57,800 bases of DNA from an uncultured Gammaproteobacteria bacterium (GTDB lineage: Bacteria; Patescibacteriota; Patescibacteriia; Magasanikbacterales; UBA922), in assembly GCA_964433095.1 (NCBI GenBank), contig CAYSPW010000004.1, positions 1 through 57,800 on the forward strand, read 5' to 3'. Positions 9,045 to 16,759 of the stretch are shown here, piece after piece. The position numbers were made by a program, and so were the translations under genes. Within the stretch, counting starts at the first letter, position 1, and the number at the start of each line of letters is the position of its first letter. Below the pieces are notes generated by a model. The model was not told the DNA's origin and ran no database searches. It saw nothing but the letters and a program-made list of their open reading frames with translations.

Positions 9045-10454
9045 TTATTGTTTTCCCGCTTTTTCCTCTTCGGCCGTGGTTGACTTCTCTTCGGATTGTT
9101 CCTTTTTTTCTTCATCATTGTCTTCTTCTTTTTCATCATCCTTTTTTTCTTCCTTTGTCCGCGCTTCTTTTTCCGCTTCCGGCTTGTCCTGTCCAGTTTT
9201 TTTTTCTTGATTTTCATTTTCATTTTCCCGTTCAACTCCCTCGCCTTCCTTAGCCTGCTCGTCCTTGGCCTCCACTTCTTCGGGCATGTCTTCGCTACTC
9301 ACTTCAGTACTCTCATCCCCTTCTTGAATTACTTTAATCTTCCAGCCGGTCAGTTCGGCCGCCAATCTGACGTTTTGTCCGCCCCGGCCGATAGCCAACG
9401 AAAATTGATCGGACGGCACGCTGACCGTGGCCTCTTTTTCATCTTCATTCAATTCCACCGAATCAATCTTGGCCGGCGACAGGGAATTTTTGATAAATTC
9501 TTCGGTGTTCTCGCTGTATTGAATGATGTCTATTTTCTCTCCGCCCAGCTCGTCAATAATGGTGGTAATACGGCTGCCGCGCTGCCCGATACACGAACCT
9601 ATCGGATCTATGGATTCATCTTCTGTACAAACTGAAACTTTGGAACGGTTTCCCGGATCACGCGCGATTCCTCTTATTTCCACCGAACCGTCGTCTATCT
9701 CGGGAATTTCCTGCTCAAATACGGTACGCACCATGTCTTCGTGCGAACGTGATAAAATTATTTCCGGTCCGCGATTACCCATTTCCACCGACACCACGTA
9801 AAAACGCATGCGCTTGCCGGCAATGTACCTTTCACCGCGTATCTGTTCGCTTTGCGGCACCAGACCGGTAATTTTACCCAAATCTATAACAACGACGCCG
9901 GAACGATCCCGCCTTTGCACCACTCCTTGTATGATCTGTCCTTCTTCCTCTTTCAAATCGTCAAAAACGCTGTTCCTCTCCGCTTCTCTCAATTTTTGGA
10001 TGATTACCTGCTTGGCGGTCTGGGCGGCCATGCGGCCGAAATCTCCCGGAATCTCAAGCGGTATTTCCAAAATATCGTCCTCTTTGACTTTTTTGTCAAT
10101 TTCTTTGGCGTCCGATAGCATCATTTGTGTTTTAGGATTAAAACGCGGCAGGTCTTCTATTTCTTCTTCGGTTAATTCCCTGTCTTCGGCCATGGCTCGT
10201 TCACGGCGCTGGTTCAACTCTTCTTGTGCCTTTTCCAAAGTTTGCTCGTCAATATCTTCCACCACCTCTTTAACATCCCACATCTTCATGTCCCCCGTAT
10301 CCGGATCAAACTTCACTTTAATATTCTGCTGACGATGGCCGAAATCTTTGCGATAAGCCGCGCCCAGCGCGGTCTGAATAGCCTCAAGCACGGTGTCGTA
10401 GTCCAGACCCTTTTCTTCACAGATCATTTTTATCATTTTTGATACTTCTGACAT
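9045..10454 (-). CDS. nusA: transcription termination/antitermination factor NusA with long E/K-rich C-terminal tail
   Basis: S1 and KH regions are present (GVVQRRDRSGVVVIDLG...; IGQRGSRI; IGRGGQNVRLA). Start chosen at MSEVSK (ATG 10454-10452). Confidence 0.92.
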   Translation of the reverse strand: MSEVSKMIKMICEEKGLDYDTVLEAIQTALGAAYRKDFGHRQQNIKVKFDPDTGDMKMWDVKEVVEDIDEQTLEKAQEELNQRRERAMAEDRELTEEEIEDLPRFNPKTQMMLSDAKEIDKKVKEDDILEIPLEIPGDFGRMAAQTAKQVIIQKLREAERNSVFDDLKEEEGQIIQGVVQRRDRSGVVVIDLGKITGLVPQSEQIRGERYIAGKRMRFYVVSVEMGNRGPEIILSRSHEDMVRTVFEQEIPEIDDGSVEIRGIARDPGNRSKVSVCTEDESIDPIGSCIGQRGSRITTIIDELGGEKIDIIQYSENTEEFIKNSLSPAKIDSVELNEDEKEATVSVPSDQFSLAIGRGGQNVRLAAELTGWKIKVIQEGDESTEVSSEDMPEEVEAKDEQAKEGEGVERENENENQEKKTGQDKPEAEKEARTKEEKKDDEKEEDNDEEKKEQSEEKSTTAEEEKAGKQ

Positions 10455-10557
10455 ATGATTATTATTTAAGTATAAAAAAAGCAGCATTATTATTCCATGC
10501 TACTGACAGAATGAATGTTAGCAAAAAACACACGCGTTTGTCAATACGGATAATACT

Positions 10558-11112
10558 TTAATCCTGTTTAAACAAAACCAGGCCTTTATGGAATTTACCG
10601 GCCTTAAACTCCTCCTGCACGACCATGCCATGCGCTCCGGCCCATTTTTTAATATCCGCGAAATCAACAAATCTGTTGTTGTCGGGTCCGAATTTCAATC
10701 CCTTTTTTGTCCAATCAACTATTACCAAGCGGGCCTTGTTTTTTAAAAGCCTTTTAGCCTCTTCCAAAACGCAGTGCCTGTTGTCCGATTGCACCAGCGT
10801 GTTTATTAAAAAAGCCACGTCCAGGCTTCCCGCCGGAATGGCGGCCGCGCCCACGTGCTCCAGATTGGTCCAAACCGTGTGAATGTTGAACAATTTATCC
10901 ATCATCGCTCTTTTTTTGACCGACTCCAGCACGTCTTTCAAGATATCCACCGCGTAAACCACTCCTTTGTCGCCCACCACCGACGCGCAGGGAGATACAA
11001 TATGGCCGGTACGCCCGCAGCCCAAGTCGGCCACGTGCATACCCGGACGCAGATGGCACTTCTCAAAAATGATGTACGGATCAATCATCTGATTACCACT
11101 GTGATAAACCAT
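10558..11112 (-). CDS. class I SAM-dependent methyltransferase (start uncertain; ORF extends to 11160)
   Basis: Motif I VADLGCGRTGH and VYAVDI. Confidence 0.7.
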   Translation of the reverse strand: MVYHSGNQMIDPYIIFEKCHLRPGMHVADLGCGRTGHIVSPCASVVGDKGVVYAVDILKDVLESVKKRAMMDKLFNIHTVWTNLEHVGAAAIPAGSLDVAFLINTLVQSDNRHCVLEEAKRLLKNKARLVIVDWTKKGLKFGPDNNRFVDFADIKKWAGAHGMVVQEEFKAGKFHKGLVLFKQD

Positions 11113-11149
11113 TTTCTTTTTTAATAAATTAAATCGCAAATATTGACAT

Positions 11150-11392
11150 TTACATTCCAAACAAACGCCCCACGGTTGAAAGAATTAACGGGCCGAGCAA
11201 TCCGGTAACGCCGAGCATGGCAATTATTATGATTACCAGTCCTATCAGCTTGTACAACAATCGGCTGCCGCCGCTCGTCCCCAAATGGGTTTCCGCCCAT
11301 TCATTGGTGCCGAAATTCTGAACAAACCATTCTGTTTTTATTATCAACACCACTCCGAAGGCGATGCCAAGCAAAGCGAGAATATACTTCAT
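11150..11392 (-). CDS. small membrane protein, unknown function
   Basis: 80 aa with two hydrophobic helices. Confidence 0.5.
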   Translation of the reverse strand: MKYILALLGIAFGVVLIIKTEWFVQNFGTNEWAETHLGTSGGSRLLYKLIGLVIIIIAMLGVTGLLGPLILSTVGRLFGM

Positions 11393-11549
11393 AAAAAGAA
11401 ATTAAATAAACAATCAGGCATATTATACTACATTTGGGGCTTTGTTCGCAATTTAAAGCCTGTTATTGACAAAATCGCTCACTAATGATATATTTATTCG
11501 TTCTTTATTTGCAAAAAACGAACAATTTCAAGCATTAAAGGAGGTTTGA

Positions 11550-12908
11550 ATGTTTGAAATCCATACCGTGGTGTTCCACCACAAACCGCATCTGGATGAA
11601 AAGACGGCTTTCTTTCTGGCCTCGGTCTATGGAAATCATATTTTCTTGGGCATCAATGAGGCCAAAATAGAATTCTGGGGCAAAGGAATCGAAAATGTCC
11701 AAGAAACCGGCCAAGAACTGCTTAAGCATGGCTATCTGTGTCTGGGGGTGCGCGGCGGTCTGTTCGACGAACACAAGACCGGGGGGCGGCAAAAGAACGT
11801 CTGCGCCGCCACGCTCATGGCCGAGTATCTGAATATAGCGGATTACCCGGAGGTGCTCTTGCTTCTGCGTTACGTGAACAAGAGCGACAACAAGGGAGAC
11901 CGCTACTTCGGTCTGGCCAGCATGGACAAATGCCTGGAACGCTATTCGGACGCTGATCCGGTTGAGTTGCTCAACTGGACTTACGACGTCCTGACCGATT
12001 ACTTTGACTGCAAACTGAATATTGTTCCCGAGGGGCCGAGAGTGGACATCTTCAAACTCGTAGCCCGTTATTTGCGCGAAGAATTCGGAGCGGATATAGG
12101 GCCTGAGTGCGGACAAAGCCAGGACCCGTACGAGCTGATCGAACACATCGGCTTGAAACGGCGTCCCGAATTGACCGAGCTGCGCCACTATTTAAACCTG
12201 ATCAAGAATAAGGAGATGCTAAGCATCGACTTTGATTTGAGAAGGGTGGCCGACTGGATCGGGCGCGGCCAGCCGGATCGTGCTTACGAGGATACGGCTT
12301 TCTTCCTGGACGCTCATTTCCGGCGCCAACATCAATTCCATTATGTCTGTCCCCGACAAATCAACAACAAAGGCGTGTGGCACGACATGCCGTACCGCGG
12401 ACGGCAGCTGAAGGTGCTGGAAATTGAAAGCGATAATTTTGAAATCGCTTCCTGCGCCCGCCATCTGTACGGCGCGGACGCGGTGATACAAAAAAACGCC
12501 TCCGGCAACTGTTCCATCACCTTCAACCGTAAAAGCGGTATAGGCGGAAAAACTGTTGCCACAATCGGCGCTCTTGTGCGCCTGGAAGAGCAGCTCGCCC
12601 GCCACAACGGGCTAAAAGTGGTAAACCGGGAACAACTGCGCTCCAACGGGATGCCGGAGAAAATGCCCTGTTGGTACATGGAGGCGGAAAACGGATGGAT
12701 CTTGAACGGATCTCTTTCCCACCCCCTGGTGCCGGCCACAAGGTTAGCATTGAAAGTTATTACCGAAACGGTAAAACTCGGATTCAGAGAAGGGTCCAAT
12801 CCCTGTGGCGGAGAAATTTGCACTCGGGAGTCCTGTCCACTCTATCGCTACGGACTACCCGAATGCCGCAAATTAAAAGAAGGAAATAATTCCGCGCGGA
12901 TCGTCTAA
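11550..12908 (+). CDS. hypothetical protein, possibly a MYG1/UPF0160-like metal-dependent hydrolase, with Cys-rich C-terminus
   Basis: AAAGGAGG SD lies 5 nt upstream. HTVVFHHKPHLDEKTAFFLA and GGLFDEH loosely resemble the MYG1 H..FH.DE and GG.YD..HH motifs. C-terminus reads NPCGGEICTRESCPLYRYGLPEC. Visibly GC-rich. Confidence 0.55.
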   Translation: MFEIHTVVFHHKPHLDEKTAFFLASVYGNHIFLGINEAKIEFWGKGIENVQETGQELLKHGYLCLGVRGGLFDEHKTGGRQKNVCAATLMAEYLNIADYPEVLLLLRYVNKSDNKGDRYFGLASMDKCLERYSDADPVELLNWTYDVLTDYFDCKLNIVPEGPRVDIFKLVARYLREEFGADIGPECGQSQDPYELIEHIGLKRRPELTELRHYLNLIKNKEMLSIDFDLRRVADWIGRGQPDRAYEDTAFFLDAHFRRQHQFHYVCPRQINNKGVWHDMPYRGRQLKVLEIESDNFEIASCARHLYGADAVIQKNASGNCSITFNRKSGIGGKTVATIGALVRLEEQLARHNGLKVVNREQLRSNGMPEKMPCWYMEAENGWILNGSLSHPLVPATRLALKVITETVKLGFREGSNPCGGEICTRESCPLYRYGLPECRKLKEGNNSARIV

Positions 12909-12927
12909 GGACGGCGCGCGGATAACT

Positions 12928-12960
12928 AAAAAAAAGCACGGCCATGGCGGTGCTTTTTTA
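12928..12960. terminator. bidirectional terminator between convergent genes
   Basis: A-run, AGCAC...GTGCT hairpin, T-run. Confidence 0.5.
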
Positions 12961-12994
12961 ATTTTTCCAACTGTCTTTCAATCCGTATATTTTT

Positions 12995-13519
12995 TTACCT
13001 AAACAGTTTTTTTACCCAGCCGAATAAACTGAACTGTCCGGTCTCTTGTTCCACCCGATCCAAAACCTCGCCCACTGTTTGGTCCATTTCCAAAATTTCC
13101 TCATCCAAATCTCCATTCAATTCCGGATCCTCAACCCGCGCTCGCAAACGCGACAGTTGGGTTAATCTTTGCCTGGTTTGAATCATCTCCCGCCTGATTT
13201 GTTCAACCGCTTCAAAATCGGTGCCGAAAATGAAATTGCGCACTCTGCTTCTGTTTTCAATCCGATTAAGCAGCGGCTCCACCTTTTGTTGTACTCTCTG
13301 TTGTTCTCTCGCCACTTCCCTCACTTGTTCGCCTATGCCGCCCAAGGCCGGCCGATCGGCCACGTCCAACACGGTCCGCACAAAGTCGGCCACCTCGCCG
13401 GCATGGCGTTCGGCTATCGGTCCGGCTTGCTCTCCGCGCATTCTTTGGTTCTGAGCCCAGGCCGGAGTTGCCAGCAGGCAAATTATTAAAATCGGCAGAA
13501 TATATTTTATCTTTAGCAT
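12995..13519 (-). CDS. secreted helical protein, unknown function
   Basis: Signal peptide MLKIKYILPILIICLLATPAWA; the remainder is charged and helical. GC-rich like its neighbour. Confidence 0.55.
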   Translation of the reverse strand: MLKIKYILPILIICLLATPAWAQNQRMRGEQAGPIAERHAGEVADFVRTVLDVADRPALGGIGEQVREVAREQQRVQQKVEPLLNRIENRSRVRNFIFGTDFEAVEQIRREMIQTRQRLTQLSRLRARVEDPELNGDLDEEILEMDQTVGEVLDRVEQETGQFSLFGWVKKLFR

Positions 13520-13559
13520 ATTCTATATCATTAAAAATAACTAATAATAAATAGTAAAA

Positions 13560-14027
13560 TCAATTCAATAAAAAGATGTACAGGTTTAATACAGTGGCAA
13601 AACTAACCCAGAACAAGTAGGGTACCAGCAGCCACCCGGCCACCCGGCTTATCTTTTCAAACATCCAAATCAAAACCAGAATAAACAGCCAAATGATAAT
13701 AATATTTACAAAAGCCAAGCCCGGCATTCGCAGACCGAAAAATATAATTGACCAGCCGGCATTAAACAGCAAGTGGATCCAAAAAAGATTAACCGCCGGT
13801 TTGACCTTTTTTTCTTGCCTACGTTTACTCCAGACTAAATAGACACTGATACCCATCAAAATATAGAGGGTAATCCATACCGGTCCAAACAACCACCCCG
13901 GTGGCGTGATAGCCGGCTTGTCCAGCGCGGCATACCAGCCGCCTACGGCCGGGGCGGTAAACAAGGAACCGATCAATCCGGCAAGCTGCGGTGCTATCAA
14001 GGAGATTAGCAGTTTATGATAGTTCAT
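13560..14027 (-). CDS. tspO: TspO/MBR family tryptophan-rich sensory protein
   Basis: 155 aa; WYAALDKPAITPPGWLFGPVWITLYILMG...FNAGWSIIFFG is typical of TspO. Confidence 0.85.
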   Translation of the reverse strand: MNYHKLLISLIAPQLAGLIGSLFTAPAVGGWYAALDKPAITPPGWLFGPVWITLYILMGISVYLVWSKRRQEKKVKPAVNLFWIHLLFNAGWSIIFFGLRMPGLAFVNIIIIWLFILVLIWMFEKISRVAGWLLVPYLFWVSFATVLNLYIFLLN

Positions 14028-14118
14028 TTTGATATTGATTTTTAATAAAAATTACAATCTCCATTATACACTTTTTAAAAAATAAATCGCGTTTTTTGCG
14101 TTTTCGCCGCGATATTAA

Positions 14119-15066
14119 TTATTTTTTCGATTTCATTTCAATCGGCGGCATATTTACTATTCCCAAAGTGGCCGAAGCGATTTTTACTTTGTCTGATTTC
14201 AACAAGATGGCGAGCAATTTTTGACTCAAAATATTATGAACCGATCTCCTTTCCCTGACTTCGGTAATATAGCGTACATGTATTTCTATCCAGTTGTCGG
14301 TCATGGTGACAAAGGCTTCCGGCTCAATGGTTTTTTTCTCCACAAAATATTTTCTCCTCAGTTTTTTAAAATCTTTCTCGGCCATTAGCACCGTTTGATT
14401 GGTTTCGGTCTTGACTATTTTCAAAATATTGCGCGTGGCCACTTGCCAGTCACTGTCATAAGTGATCGGAATGAATATTTCATCCCAGATAAAACCGTGA
14501 TCTTCGGTATAATTGTTTACATTTTTTGTCAGCACCGTTCCATTTGGTATCTTGACTATGCGACCGGTGGGCTGGTCCCCGCTTACCCATTCTTTAATTT
14601 CCAAAATAGTTGTATAGAGAATACCGGTGTCAATCACATCTCCGTACTTGCCGTCCAGTTCTATTCTGTCTCCCACTTTGTACAAACTGTTGATGATAAT
14701 TAAAAGGCCGCCGATAAAATTCTTGAAAAAATCCTGTAAAGAAATGGTCACGCCGGCGGCGATCAAACCGTACGAAACCAACAAAGTCTGCGGATCTTCT
14801 ATCCAAATTCTGATGCCTACCGCCAATATCACCACGAAAAACAGTATGTTTATTATTTTCTTAAAAGAATATCTTAATTTGTAATCCTTGATTCGCTTAC
14901 CAACTATGCCGTTTAAGAAAACAATGAACAAAGCGTAAAGCAAAACCAAAACCAATGCCGAAGTCAACAATCTTTGCACATTATCATTGGGATAGATGTG
15001 GTTGAGATACCACAGTAGGCCGCTTCCCACCAGCAGTATGATAAAATTGACGATTTTTTTACTCAT
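14119..15066 (-). CDS. mechanosensitive ion channel, MscS family
   Basis: LYKVGDRIELDGKYGDVIDTGILYTTI...GRIVKIPNGTVLTKNVNNYT. Start chosen at MSKKIV (the ORF extends to 15132). Confidence 0.8.
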   Translation of the reverse strand: MSKKIVNFIILLVGSGLLWYLNHIYPNDNVQRLLTSALVLVLLYALFIVFLNGIVGKRIKDYKLRYSFKKIINILFFVVILAVGIRIWIEDPQTLLVSYGLIAAGVTISLQDFFKNFIGGLLIIINSLYKVGDRIELDGKYGDVIDTGILYTTILEIKEWVSGDQPTGRIVKIPNGTVLTKNVNNYTEDHGFIWDEIFIPITYDSDWQVATRNILKIVKTETNQTVLMAEKDFKKLRRKYFVEKKTIEPEAFVTMTDNWIEIHVRYITEVRERRSVHNILSQKLLAILLKSDKVKIASATLGIVNMPPIEMKSKK

Positions 15067-15112
15067 ATCTTCCGCTATTATACCACACAAAAGATAATCG
15101 AAACAATAAATT

Positions 15113-15343
15113 TCAATCCTCCGTAATTTCAATTCCCCGTTCGTCCATCAGCTCCCGCAAGATGTCGTACATGGCCCGGATATTGGGAGCCATCACACTA
15201 TCAAGATCAAACTCGGTAAAAATACCAAGCTCATGATCACGCAGTCTCCTTTTGTAGTCGTCCATGATATTGGGATAGCGCTCCAAAATTTTGCTGATGA
15301 AACTCTTCATTCGCGCCTCGCCAGGGTGGTTGTTTTGCCGCAT
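15113..15343 (-). CDS. small hypothetical protein
   Basis: 76-aa ORF co-oriented with its neighbours; no recognisable motif. Confidence 0.4.
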   Translation of the reverse strand: MRQNNHPGEARMKSFISKILERYPNIMDDYKRRLRDHELGIFTEFDLDSVMAPNIRAMYDILRELMDERGIEITED

Positions 15344-15402
15344 AATATTTTTATATATTCGTTTATTGAGCTGATTAATTCAGCTGATATCCGTAGCTTT
15401 GG

Positions 15403-15750
15403 TTAATTTCCATTTTCCGGTATATCGGTGCACACATAAGCGCATACTTGAGCGCAAAAATCGGCATCCGGCGCGCAGGGCGAGCCACAGCTGTCAAACA
15501 TACCCCCGCGCTGCTCACAATCCCTGATCAAGGCTTGCTGGTCCACGCTCATGTCGGTAGTATAAACGATCTTACTCGCATACATTTGCTCGACCGGGAC
15601 TTCTACACTAACCGGCTGATCCGTCTCATCGGGCAAAGGTTGAGCACCCTCTTCCTGTTTGGGATTAAACGAAACACATATTAAAACGCTCAAAAGAATG
15701 ACCACTATGATTGCTCCGATTGCGAGCAATATTTTTTGCATCCCGCTCAT
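15403..15750 (-). CDS. membrane-anchored Cys-rich small protein
   Basis: N-terminal TM helix, then DCEQRGGMFDSCGSPCAPDADFCAQVCAYVC (6 Cys in about 30 aa). Confidence 0.5.
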   Translation of the reverse strand: MSGMQKILLAIGAIIVVILLSVLICVSFNPKQEEGAQPLPDETDQPVSVEVPVEQMYASKIVYTTDMSVDQQALIRDCEQRGGMFDSCGSPCAPDADFCAQVCAYVCTDIPENGN

Positions 15751-15820
15751 ATATTCTTCGGTTAAGTATTATTACTATACCCTTTGATGAATTTAAAGTA
15801 AAATCAAGTGTGAACCTTTG

Positions 15821-16759
15821 TTAATTCGGCTTTGAAAAAAGAACGGTGAAATAGCTGGTGGAATTGGGCTGTTTTTTTTTCAAATAACGACCCGAATTGG
15901 TATGCCTGAGAATTTCCGCTTGACCGGCTCCGATCTGATCCATGCTGCGCAAAAAAACGAAAAGCGCGGACGGCGCGTCAATGTAGGAATTATCAAAAGT
16001 CAAGATCAAATCATAGTTGCGGTCCAGAATAGCTTGCCAGGTAATTTGATCTCTTTGCTCGGCTTCAAGATCACTCAAGTAATGTGAAAAGTCGAATGAG
16101 CCGATAATCAAAGTATTGTCCGCCCGAGCGAATTCGGCCAATTCTGAAGCCAGCTTTTCCAAATGATCAGTATCTTTGTTGTTGGTAATAACCAAGGGAA
16201 CGATATCAGCCTCGGAAAAATAGTGGGAAATGAAAGCTACTGTGGTTTTAATCGAATGTTCGGGAATGAAATTATCATTATCAAAAACCACCAAGCCTCG
16301 CTCAACCAATTGATCCAGCTTCTCATAATCGTTCTTGACAGTTCCGAACGGTGTTCGCCAGTCCACTCGGCCGCTGATCACCGTTTCCAGTCCCCGCCCG
16401 GCATGGTTGGGACCCAAAATTATTATGGTTTGCGGATTCTCAGTCCGCTTGAGTCGAACAAACAATTCGGCCATATACTCGGATACCAAATCATGATGCG
16501 GAATTATACCACCGTAAATTTTCTTAAGCTCTTCTGAATAATATTTTTGTTCCTTTTCCACGGCCGAATAAAATAACTCCCAGTTGTAATCCAGATCTAC
16601 AGTTTTAGCCCCAACGCCAACAGACCGTGTTTCAATAATATGATCACTGGCAAACCCTGATTTAATTCCTCCCCAACGATTCAACAGTAAAAACACCGCC
16701 AAGCCTATCAAGCCGATGACGGTGATTTTTAATATATTTTTTCCCGGTTTACTCAACAT
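15821..16759 (-). CDS. Memo-like / AmmeMemoRadiSam system protein B family, with N-terminal TM anchor
   Basis: GGIIPHHDLVSEYMAELF...IIILGPNHAGRG...GSFDFSHYL. N-terminal ILKITVIGLIGLAVFLLL. The ATG overlaps the stop of the giant gene by 11 nt. Confidence 0.7.
   Translation of the reverse strand: MLSKPGKNILKITVIGLIGLAVFLLLNRWGGIKSGFASDHIIETRSVGVGAKTVDLDYNWELFYSAVEKEQKYYSEELKKIYGGIIPHHDLVSEYMAELFVRLKRTENPQTIIILGPNHAGRGLETVISGRVDWRTPFGTVKNDYEKLDQLVERGLVVFDNDNFIPEHSIKTTVAFISHYFSEADIVPLVITNNKDTDHLEKLASELAEFARADNTLIIGSFDFSHYLSDLEAEQRDQITWQAILDRNYDLILTFDNSYIDAPSALFVFLRSMDQIGAGQAEILRHTNSGRYLKKKQPNSTSYFTVLFSKPN

Noticed and set aside
9023-9253. K-rich and F/L-rich ORFs (70-179 aa) overlapping the 3-prime end of nusA. 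Similar ORFs lie within 51291..52356.
   Set aside because: They are alternate-frame or antisense readings of GAA/AAG-rich low-complexity coding sequence in the NusA tail and the K/E-rich protein.
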